From a virus (lineage: Duplodnaviria > Heunggongvirae > Uroviricota > Caudoviricetes), in the IMG/VR virus record IMGVR_UViG_3300032167_000002, positions 24,286-88,285 of that record: a stretch of DNA of 64,000 bases. One strand, written 5' to 3'. The position numbers and the translations under genes are program-made. The notes under the pieces are model-generated. The model was not told where the DNA came from. It did no database searches and saw only the letters and a list, made by a program, of their open reading frames with translations. Shown piece by piece: positions 49,849-62,200 of the stretch (its first letter is position 1; each line of letters starts with the position of its first letter).

Positions 49849-52800
49849 ATGGCAAAAAATCTTAATGTTAGTTTAGCTTTTACTGCGAATACGAATGAGG
49901 CTATTGCCGCAATTAAAAATTTGCAAAAAGAGCTTAATGGATTGGCTACTGGTTCTGCATTGAAAAATAGTGGAATTTCACAAATTACACCTGAAATTCA
50001 AAGAGCTATGACCGCAGCAGGAGAGTTATAGGCTAAACTAGAAGCGGCTACAAATTTAAAAACAGGAAAATTAGATTTAGGTCAATTTTCTGATTCCTTA
50101 AAAAAAGGCGGAGTTTCTCTTCAGCAATATGCTAATCAATTAAATGCTCTTGGTCCGGCCGGTCGTCAAGCATTTACGAATTTAGCTTAGTCTGTTTTAT
50201 AGGCAGAAGCTCCTTTAATTAGATGCAGTCAAAGGGTTAGAGAGCTTGGTACTACATTAGCAAATACTGCAAGATGGCAGTTATCTTCTAGTATTTTACA
50301 TGGTTTTATGGGAACCGTATAGTCTGCTTATGGATATGCTCAAGATTTAAATAAATCTTTAAATGATATTCGCATTGTTACTGGTGCTAGTGTTGCTGAA
50401 ATGGATGCATTTGCAGCTAAGGCAAATAAGGCAGCGCGGGCATTAAGTACAACAACTAATGAATATGCTAAAGCTTCTTTAATCTATTTCCAATAGGGTG
50501 ATACTCAATCTGAAGCTATGCAAAAAGCTGCTGTTACTGCAAAAATGGCAAATGTAACTGGACAAAGCGCAGATGTTGTTTCTAATCAATTAACTGCTAT
50601 TTGGAATAATTTTAACAAAGAAGGCGATGTTGCTTATGAACATTATGCCGATGTATTAACAAAATTAGGTGCTGCAACTGCGTCTAGCACTGATGAAATT
50701 GCTGGTGGATTAGAGAAATTTGCCGGTATTGCAGATACTATTGGTTTGAGTTATGAATATGCTGCATCTGCTTTGGCAACAATTACTGCAACATCTCGTG
50801 AAAGTGAAGAAGTTGTTGGTACAGCATTAAAAACAATCTTTGCACGTATTCAAGGTTTAAAGCAAGGAGACACCCTTGAAGATGGTACTACTTTAAATAA
50901 ATACTCTGAAGCTTTGCAAAAAGTCGGTATTAGTATTTTTGACCAAACTGGCGAATTGAAGAATATGGATAGTATTCTTGAAGAAATGGCCGCAAAATGG
51001 GTAACTTTAAATAAAGACCAATAGTTGGCATTGGCTCAAACTGTTGCTGGTGTTCGTCAATATAACCAAATGGTTACTTTGATGGATAATTGGGATTTTA
51101 TGGAAGAAAATCTTGCAACTGCTGGCGCAGCGGATGGAGAACTTAATAAACAAGCTGAGATTTATGCTGAAAGCTGGGAGGCTGCTCGAGACAGAGTAAC
51201 AGCAGCAGCAGAAAATTTATATACTAAAATTTTAGATGACGATTTTTTCATTGGTTTTTTAGATGGTTTAAGCCATGTTATTGATGGAGTAGGTAGTTTA
51301 GTTGATGCTTTTGGAGGTTTAGGTGGCGTTCTAGCAACTATTGGAGCTATTGCCACAAAAGTTTTCCATAAAGAAATTGCTTAGGGTTTAAGAAATGCTG
51401 CTTATAGTATTAAGCAATTTACTCCAGCGGGTAAAAAAGAACATGAAAAGACTAAAGAAGATGCTCTTGAGGGTATTCGTAACTTAAAATCTAATATGCG
51501 TGGTCGTGAAGGCGATGCAGAAAATGCTTCTCTTGATAGAGAAATTCGTATGCAAGAATAGCTACGTGCAGCTGCTGGTCGCGTAACTGAAGAAGAGCTT
51601 AAATAGCTTCAAGTTCAAATGGATTTAGTACGAGCAATGGATAAGAGAGCAATTGCTGCTGGTAAAGCAGCGGATGCAGCAAGGGAAGAAGTTGAAGACG
51701 CTCGAGATTTAGCAAAAGCCTATGAGAAAATTGAGGCTAGAGATAAGGCCAAGGAAGATTTTTAGAAGAAACATTAGGGTGAAGAAAATCAAAAACGAAA
51801 TGACGCAATATCTCAAGCCTTTGACGATGTAATAGATTATGGAGCAAATCACAGAAAGACAAAACATCATCGATTTGGTGAGTAGGGAGATTATATTAAT
51901 TAGCAATATGCTTAGGCTCGGTAGAGGGTAGTAGATTCTGGTGAAACAGTAACAGCTGATGCTGTTCGAGGAGAATTTTTAGCTGGATTAAGAGAGGCGG
52001 CCGACAGTAGAGATGAAATGGCGAAAGCTATTTTTGATAAAGTTAAAGCTGCTGGAGAAGAAGCTGCTTAGGCATATGGTGAAGCTATGAAGTCTGAGCT
52101 AGATGAAGCAATGAGAGATGCTGAAAGATAGGCTAGCGAAAAAATTGAAAATATTGGAAAAGCAGTGGATAAAGGTGCTATGACGGAAGTCCGTGCCAAA
52201 GATTTAAGAGAAACTGCTTCTAAACTTTCAGTAAAAACTAAAGACGATAATGGTAATGAAGTTTATAAAACTGCCGATACTGGATTAGGTAAAGTATAGG
52301 ATACATTAAAACAAAAGCTTGCTGCGACAGCTGCTGAAGCTAAAGAATTATAGGCTGCATTAGCTGCTTTGGGTAAATCTGATAGTGTATTAGATGGTAG
52401 AATTGCAGATTTAGAAAATATGACACAAGAATTAAATAGTACTACTGCTAGTGCTGAACGTCTTGAAGAAATTTTAGGATAGCTATCTAGTGAAGAGGAA
52501 GGCGGTATTACTTCAGTTCTTGAAGATTAGGCTCAAATGTTGACAGTGGATGCAGCAGGAACGCCTTATGGTGGAGAAACAAGCGCAGATGCAAAAACTC
52601 GTGGAGGAGAAGATTATCTTCGTTCTAAGCAAGCTGCTTAGAAACAAATGGATAGCGAAAACGCTAATTTAAATGTTGGCGGTAGTGAAGAAGGTTTAAA
52701 TGAATCTTTTAATAAGAGCGGTTTAACAGATTGGGCCGATTAGATTACTAATACTACTGATTTAATTATGGGACTAGGCTCTGCAATCAGTTCAGTATAG

Positions 52801-55800
52801 GGAGCTATTGATGTTTTTAATAATCCTGATGCAACAGCTTGGGATAAAATTAGTGCAGTAATCAGTGTTGTAATCGGTATTTTACCAGTTGCATCAACTT
52901 TAATGACAATGTTTGGTACTACTGCAGCAACAGCAGGTGCAACTGCGAGTGCGGGTATGACCGCTGCGTTAGGTTCAATTGGTTGGATTATTTTAGCAGT
53001 AACAGCATTGATTGCAATTTTTATTGCTTTAGGTTCTGCGATAGCAGCAAATTCTCCAGAAGGATAGCTGAAGAGTGCACAAGAAGCCACTGAAAAAACT
53101 GCACAAGCGGCACAAAATGCAAAAAGTGCTTATGAAGAATTGTTAGCTACTATCAATAGATATGATAGTGCAAAAGAATCGTTAGAAGGATTAGCTAAGG
53201 GTACCGAGGAATATACGGAAGCTCTCATGGAGGCTAATGCTGCGGCAAGAGAATTAATTGATACTTATGAATTAACAAGTGATTAGTTCCATGTGGATGA
53301 AAATGGTTTAATTCAAATTGATGAAAATGCTCTTTAGACAAAGAAAGATGAACATCGTGAAAGAGTTGAAAAAACTTCTAGTGCATTAACAGGCGCTTAG
53401 AAATATGAGAATGAAAAAGAAGACGATGTTACTATTTCTAATATTCGAAAAGAAGCTAATAAGGATTCCATGTATTATGGGTCTGATTATTAGAATTATT
53501 TAATCTCTGATACTAATATTGAAACTGTATTAGCTGCGGCCAGAAATGCAGAAGGTGGTTCTGATGCTTATTTCGCTGAAGGTGAAAAAAATATTGCAGC
53601 AACAATGGGATGGGACCCAGATGCATTAACAACTTATTAGCAAGATTTTATAAATGCATTAATGGAAAATTCCGCGGCCCTATCTGAAGCAAATGCAGCA
53701 ATTTTAGCAAACGCAGCGGCCAATGAAGCTGCTACAAAAGCATAGTTGGCGCAAAATTTGAGTGATGAAACTGCATTTTAGGACAGTGAATATCAAGATG
53801 AGTTATTAGAAGCTGCATTAAATACTCAAGGGACTGAGGAATCAGAAGCTCAAGATAAGCTTGACGGAATGACTCAAGACCAAATGTATGATGCTTATGC
53901 TGAAATGATGGGCTATACCAATAATGGTATAGGTACTTGGTTAGATGGTAAGCAAGAGTTCTTGGATGCTGACGGAAATCCAATTGAGTTAACTCCAGAG
54001 CAAGTAGAAGCTCAAATGCGTGAAATGTACGCGCAAGAGGGTATGGAAGAAAATGCATTAAATCTTGTAGATACTATGAATCAAGTAATGGCACGAGCTG
54101 ATGAAAATAAAGGTGTTATTAGTACTGCTATTACTGGAGATACAGAAAAATTAACTATTGGTTAGTAGGGTATGAGTGCAGATGAAGTTGCTGCTATGGT
54201 TACTGATGAAGAAGCTCAAGCGATGGGCTTTGAAAGTGCGGCAGCTTTTGGAGAATCATTTGCTTCTGCTACAGAGAGCTTTGCTGGTGAATGGCAATCT
54301 TTAATGGGAAATTATGTTGACTCCGTTTCTGATTAGATGCAAACCATGTTTGATAATGGAGAGTTAGATAATCTAACTCTTGGACAGTCAGAAAATTTAG
54401 CAAATGCTTTTGAAACTGCATATGCAACTAGTGGATAGGCTGGTATGGATGTATTGGCTAAGATGTTTACTGATGCTGGTGAATATTCTGACGAATTTGC
54501 AAATGCTCTTGGAACTATAGACTGGAGCACTGCTACCCCAGAGACTTTACAAGACGCATTGGATGCCGCGGGTGTTGCTACTCATTATACTGCTGATGAA
54601 TTAAATAATTTAATTAATGTAATGAACGAAGGAGCTATGGGCTTCGAAAATGCTGCAAATAAATATAAAACATTATCTGAGATTGTTGATTCATTAAAAT
54701 CTGGTGATACTATTACAGCTGAGCAATTTAAAGAATTGGGTCCAGGTATGGAAGATTATTTCATGCGAATGGCTGATGGTACTTATAAATTAATTGGTGA
54801 TGCAGAAGCTTTCTATGCTGCTGTTAATGAATAGTAGTTGGAAGGTTTTGAAAATACAATTACTGCAAAAACTGAAGATAATGCAGAAATTGAAAATGTA
54901 TTAAATCATGATATTAGCTCTTTGGGTAAGATGGATAGTACTACAATGGGTGGTCATGTTTACACTGGAAATGGACAATTTGTTTAGAATACTGATGTAG
55001 CTAATGCTCAATTAAATTTCTTAGAGTAGACTGGCTATGACCCCGCTCAAGTTCAACAATGGCGTGATGATATGTAGGCTGGCACTTTAGATGTTAAAGC
55101 ATTGACAACTGCTGTGAATGAACAAACAACGTCTCTTGGCGGAGCAGCAGCTGCAGAAGAATATTTAACACAATAGCTGGATGCTAATAATACAGAAATT
55201 GAACAAAGTAAAGAGGCTATTGCATCTACGGCTACATCTTTAGATGAATTAGATTAGATGTTGCAAGATGGTAAGATTTCTGTAGAAGCATATGATAAAG
55301 CTGCCTAGGGTGCTTTTGAAAAAGAAGTTGAAGCTGAGGGTTTCGACACTGAAGAACTTAATAATTATGTTGATGCATTAATTGAATCTGGTAAATTCTT
55401 AGAAGAAAATCGACAAGAAGCTCAAAAATTTGCTTTAGCTCAGTATCGGATGGAAAAAGGATGCACTGAGTTGGTTGAAAGTTATGAAGATTGGGACAAA
55501 GTTTTATCAGATAATGAAGCTAGTTTAAAAGATATTAATAAAGTTATGCCAAAAGTAAATTCTATGTTACAAGATATGATGGACTTATCTGATGAAGAAT
55601 TTGCTTTATTACCAGATAATTTTGCTCAAGATAATTGGAATTTAATTCAAGACGTTTATAATGAAGTTGATGGAGCTTATGAAGCTTTAAGAGCAAAAAT
55701 AACAGAAGAAATTGTTATGAAGGTTGTACTTGATGAATCTGCTTAGGGTCAAGTTATGACAGAAGTTAATAATTTTTTAGCCAATGTTAATTTGGATGAT

Positions 55801-58800
55801 ATTGAAGTTGGAGCAACTTTAGATTCCACTGGATTTGCAGCTGGTTTATAGGGATTATTGGATTCTGGCGCAGTAACTGTAGAACAAATGAATGACATTT
55901 TATCAGGTATTGGTTATGAACCAATTATTGAATATGAACAAGTAGCAGTTAGTTCTTTTGCCCGTCAAAGCCAATAGGGTTATATTCAAGTTGCAGGTGT
56001 TGATGGAAGCATTGAATATGTGCCAATTACATCTGACATGGATATTAGTGGTGAACAATATGTATATGTTCCAAAAATCGGTAGTTCTAAATATAAAGGC
56101 GGCGGTGGTGGTGTCGCTGATGCTAAAGCCAATAAAGGCGGTGGCGGAGGAGGCGGTGGCGGCTCCAAGCCAAAGAAAGCCGACAAAGTAAAGAAAACTG
56201 ATGTTGTTGACCGATATAAAGAAATTGACGATAAACTTGATGACATTGCAGATAAAATGGATGATGCTTCTAAGGCTGCTGACCGTCTATGGGGTCCTGC
56301 ACGTTTAAAGCAAATGAAAAAAGTTAATGATGCTTTAGAAGAAGAAATTGATGCATTAAAGAAAAAACGAAAAGAAGCACAAGATAATCTTGATATTGAT
56401 AAAAAAGCTTTGAAAGATACTATTAGTGCAGAAGCAGGAGTTACAATTACAGACGCAGATTTTGACGCAGAAGGCAATTTCACTAGATATGATGAAGTTT
56501 TAACTGATTTATATAATGAAATTGATGCTGCTATAGAAGCGGCCAATGCTGATGGTAATGCTGATGAAGATGAACAAGAAAAAATTGATAAAATTCAAGA
56601 GCGTATTGATAAAGTAAAAGAAGCAATTGACCAATATGATGAAACTCGTGAATTAATTGAAGATTTAGACAATGATATTCAAGATAAAATTTACGAATGG
56701 CAAGATAACAATTATGAACAATTAAATTATAAACTTGAATATGAAATTGAAATTAATGATTCTGAACTTGAATTATTAGAATATTATATGGGCAAAGCTG
56801 AAGGTAATATTTATAAAACTGCAGAAGCTTTTGGATATTTAGCTGGACAAGCCGATATTTATACTGATAATTTAAAGCATCAAGAAGAATATGTTAATGA
56901 ATTAACTAGGGCTTATTATGCTGGTGAAATTTCTATGGATGCATATAAGGAAGGTTTGCGTGAAGCTCAAAGTGCAACCATTGAAAACTTATAGGCATTA
57001 GAAGAACAAAAGAAAGCTATGCAAGAGTATTATGGTGAAGTAATGGATATGGCTCTTGAAGAAATTTCTTTGTATACAGATGAAATGGAAGAGTTAAATT
57101 CTGTTCTCGACCATTATTCTAATATTCTTGAATTAGTTGGTAAGCAAGAAGATTATGCAACCAAGGGTAAAGTTTTACAATCCAAAGCCGCAAATCTTCG
57201 CAATGAAATGCAAGTCCAACAAAAACTTTATGAAAAGTCTAATGCCGAAGCTGAAGATTGGGCTGCTAAAATGGCAACAGCAATTGAAGGTTCTAATGAG
57301 TATGAAACTTATAAAAAGAATTGGATTGCGGCCCAAGAGGCAGCTAATGAAGCTCAAGAAAATATGTTAAGTAAGACTGAAGAGTGGGCTGAAGCAATGA
57401 AGGCAGTTATTGAAAATGAATTAGCTGGATTAGCTAAGACCATGGAAGAGTCTTTAACGGGCGGAACTTCATTTGATGAGTTATTAACTTCTATGGAGCG
57501 CCGCAGTAGTCTACAAGAAGAATATCTAACAACTACAAATCAAATTTATGAAACTAATAAATTGATGCGTCAAGCTCAACAAGAAATTGATAAAACTACT
57601 AACTCTGTAGCAAAGCGAAAGTTGGCTAATTTCATTAATGAAACAGAATAGATGCAAAATCAAACTGAGTTAAGTCAATATGAGTTAGATATCCAGTAGG
57701 CCAAGTATGATTTACTTTTGGCTGAAATTGCATTAGAGGAAGCTCAAAGTGCTAAATCTACTGTTCGCTTACAGCGCGATAGTGAAGGCAATTTTGGTTA
57801 TGTTTATACTGCGGACCAGTCTGCGGTCGGTGAGGCCGAACAAGAATTGGCAGATAAGCAAAATGCTCTTTATAATCTTGGATTAGAAGGTGCTAATGAT
57901 TATAGTCAAAAGTATGCTGAAACCATGCAAGAAGCTCAAGATGCTATTACTGAATTAACAGAAATGTGGATGAATGGTGAAATTGAGTCTGAAGAAGAAT
58001 ATCAAAGACGCAAGGCTGAAATTCAGGATTATTATTATGAGAAATTAAAGCAATATTCAAGCTTATATCAAGTAGCATTAACTACTGATAGTAATGTTAT
58101 CAAAGATGCTTGGAGTACTGACTTTAGTGATATGATGTATAAGACTGAAGATTGGAAAGTCGCAACTGATGATTACTTTGCCGGAGCTGCTGAAAGCATG
58201 AAGACCTGGGCTGAAGTTTGTGGAACCGTTCTTGAGGAATCTGGTCTTGATGACGTAAGTAAAAAGGTTGAAGAAATCAATACCAAGAGTGAGAATTTGA
58301 AAAATACTCTAATTGGTGAAGATGGCGAGAGCGGCGTTGTTGGTGCAATGATGTCTGAAGTTGAAGCTGCGGGTAAGTTAAGTGAAGCTTATATTGGCAT
58401 TCAAAATCAAATTGATGAAGTTATTAAGAAGTATGAAGAAATGATGGGTGTAATTAATGAAGATTATACCAATGAAAATACTCCTGAAGTTACTCCTGCG
58501 ATTACTCCAGACCCTGAACCCGAGCCAGAAGAACCAGTTCCTGAACCAGAGCCTGAACCTGAGGAGGCCACTGTTCCTGAATTAAAGGTTGGTTCTACAG
58601 TTACCGTTAAGAAGAGCGCAAGCAGATGGGCTACTGGAGAAGGTATTTGGAATCCAGTTAAGGGCAACAATTTCAAAGTTAAGAAAATTAATGGAGAAAA
58701 AGTTCTTATTGGAGACCCTTCAGGTCCTAACTATAGTGCTTCTGGCATTACAGGTTGGATTAAGAAAACTGACCTAGAGGGCTTTGCTACTGGTGGCTAC

Positions 58801-59124
58801 ACTGGAGACTGGGAAGGTTCTTATGGTAAGTTAGCAATGTTACACCAAAAAGAATTGGTGCTAAATGCAAATGATACTGAAAACTTCTTGCAAGCAATGG
58901 ATATTCTTGATAAGATTGTTTCTGCTATTGATTTGTATAGTATGAATTCTCAGCTTGGTGGAGCTTTATCTAGTCCGTCTCTTGGAAATATGGGCGGTGG
59001 AGATGTCCTTGAACAACAAGTACATATTGAAGCTAGTTTCCCAGGAGTACAAGATAGAAACGAAATCGAAGAAGCATTTAATACTCTTATCAATAGAGCA
59101 TCTCAATATGCTAATCGTAAATAA
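49849..59124 (+). CDS. Tail tape measure protein, 3091 aa (about 48 in-frame TAG)
   Basis: All track fragments share one frame. TMP core (YAKASLIYFQ.G...KMANVTG...ARIQG), long helical repeats, C-terminal GFATGGYTG...LH.KELVL. Confidence 0.85.
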
Positions 59125-59130
59125 ATTTTT

Positions 59131-59215
59131 GGGTAGGTTATAGAAATATAACCTACCCTTTTCTTTATTTGGTCTAATTAAAAAAATTGACTTTTCACAA
59201 ATTTTATAGTATAAT
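59131..59215 (+). promoter_or_regulatory. Terminator (59131-59158) followed by a sigmaA-type promoter (59187-59215)
   Basis: gggtaggttata-gaaa-tataacctaccc; TTGACT-N17-TATAAT. Confidence 0.75.
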
Positions 59216-59248
59216 AGATTAAGGAGAGAAAGGAGAGTTTGAGTATTT

Positions 59249-62200
59249 ATGGCAATTGAAGTTGATAATCTATTTCAAGCACTAGATATTATTTTAGATT
59301 AGCGCTTGCAAAATATGAATTATGATAAAACCGATGTTTGTATTATTACTGATGATAGAGATGCTAAAAATGGTCACTATTGGGTTTCTCCAAACAATGG
59401 TGAAACTAGATATGAAGCATTTAGTGAGTCAGAAGAATATAAAAAAGGTGAGAGTGTCAGAGTTTCTATTTTAAATGGAGATTATACTCAAAAGAAATTT
59501 ATCGTAGGTAAATATGTAGTAGATGATGCTATTACTCCCATTACTTATGTTTCTCCTCTAGATACGGTTATTGATGTTACTGGAAATATGATTAGTGAAG
59601 CCAAAGCTAATGCTCAATATGGTTTAATTTCAAATGGTACAGTATCAGAAATTCCGATTTGGAGTGCGGATTTGGCTTTAGACCAATCTTATAAAGATTT
59701 ACAAGCCAGTGGCATTTATAATACTATTAGTTTATCTGCTAATTTTAAAACTTTATTAGATAACTATGATATGCGTTCAGGCTCTTTTGGATTGCGCCTA
59801 GATGTATATGTAAAATTAAATCCAAGTAGTGAAAAATATATTGTTCGCTCTGTGTATATGGATAGTTCTGAAATGTTTGGTAATCCATATGCTTTTACAC
59901 TATATTCTCCCCAGAGTAGAAAATATGATTTAAGTCAGCTTGGTGCCGTTGAAAAATTAAGTTTATGGTTTTATCAACGAGGAGATTTTTCTTATTATGA
60001 TTCAAATCAAAGACAAACAGTTAATATTGATTATAAAAAAATTCCAAGAGAAAATATTTTATTGAGAGATATTAAAATTGGATTTGGTAGCGATTTGACT
60101 ATTGTTCAAGATAATACAATTCAAGCTTTTACAACCAATTCTTCTACTTATAGATTAATTGTTACTAAAGCAGATAATGAAAAAGGATTAGGATTTTTGT
60201 GGTATAACAAAGATGAAAACAATCAATATTTGGGATACAGCGATGGCATTGTTGATTTTGAATATAAGGATGGAAATGTTGTTTATACCAATAAGCTTGA
60301 TAAAAATTAGAATAAAGTAACTCAAGATGTTCTTGATGAAAAGAAACGAGCTATTTTAGAATTTGCTAAGGATGATAAGGATAATGTTATCCTAGTCTCT
60401 GTATTAGATGATGATGGATATGAAATTTCTTTTGATGATTTAAAAATCACTATTGACGATGCTTTAATCATTTTAGCAAATGAGGTTAGTAATTTAAAAC
60501 TCCAATTACAAATTCAATATGACAATGAAGAAATTGGTTTTAATGAGTTCATAGCTCGTAAATCAGATATTGATAATTATGAGCGAGTTAAACGGACTTA
60601 TCTTAATACTAATTATTCTAATGAAGAGCTTGAGCAAGCTATTGAGAGCCAGCGTAGTGCAGAATTGGAGGGTTTAAGATTACAATTCGAAGCTGGTGCT
60701 TTTGGCGAAGGCGATGAAGCAAATTAGAGATATAATAAAGAAATAGCAAAAGTTAATGATTTATATAACAATAAGCGTGCTGAATTAAGAAATTATAGAG
60801 TTCAAAAAACCTATGTTCTTTAGAAGAAATAGCAAGATGTAATGATACAAAAAGTCGCTCCATATGATGAGTTTAAATATATGGAAGAAAGCGAAACAGA
60901 TGCTCGTTTAACCGCACAAGCCGGCAAAGAAGGCGTTCCTTCTGATGCTAAGAGTTTAAAATTATCTGCAGATTTGGCTGAAGTTAAGCCTTTAATGACT
61001 AAAACTTTTGATTTAGTTACCAAAGATTTAACTGCGGTGCTCCGTCAAATGCGCGACCGCACGAACTCTATCGCAGATATCACTACGGCTTTAAATGCAT
61101 TACTATTAACTCCTACCAAGGATGCCGCAGGACAAATCCACGGTACGGAAAGAAATAACATTCTTGCTTGGTATGATTTTACTGATGCAATGAGAGAAGA
61201 AATGTATGGTGTTTATACAGAACTTCTAGAATATAATTATTTACATTAGGAAAATTTAAAGAAACTTCCTGCAGAGCAAGAAACTGATGCTATCCTTAGA
61301 GAGAAAATGGGAGAGCATTTACAAGCTTGGAATAAATCTGATTTATATTTAAATATTCAAAATAGTTTTAAGTCTTCTTTAATTCCAATGATAACTAACT
61401 TTTTTACAAATGCTCAAACTACAATTGATGCAAATTATAGTGGTTATCAAGGTATTTATGATACTTATAAAACTAAGGCTGATAAAATAATTGTTCAAAT
61501 TAATGAGAATTTAAATAAAATGTGGGCAATTGTTGATGACAATAATGCTATTATGGTAGACATGAGACCTTATAATAATGGCCGCGTATATTTAGATTAT
61601 AATAAAAAAGATTTATCTAACTATGATAATCGTTATGCAATCTATTGGTATAGATATGAGCCTGGATACACAAGTGATGATAGATTATATCCAACTGAAT
61701 GGAAACGTTTAACGACAAAAGCTGATTTCGGTATTGATGAGTCTGATGAATTAGTATATAACTTTGGATTACCAATTTATGATGATTTTGTTTTAAGAGA
61801 TGGACAATACTATTTTTCTGATAAGGTTCAAGGAACCAATGTCTCTGCAATTCGCATGATGGATGGACAGAGAGTAAATGAAAAATATAAAATTGTTTTA
61901 TTCTATAATCACGAAATGTATGAAAGTAATGAAGTAGAATTTACTAATTTAGATGATGTAGTTGACCCAACCACAGCAGATAAGAATGATGCTATTGTTA
62001 TTACTCACGGCACGAATTCACAAGATACTTACCAGAGTTATGGTTTAAGTAATTTCTTGGTAAATGCGGCCGACGCAAGTAAGGTGCGAGAATTATCTGT
62101 GCATTATGAAGGTATTCTTGCAGGAGATGAAGCTTTAGCTAATACACAAGTATATTGGTATATTCCAAATACTGCTACTATGTTAACTTGCGATGATAAG

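Noticed and set aside
55958-59143. Alternative-frame and antisense ORFs inside the tape measure gene
   Set aside because: They are by-products of Gly-rich and Pro/Glu-rich low-complexity coding.
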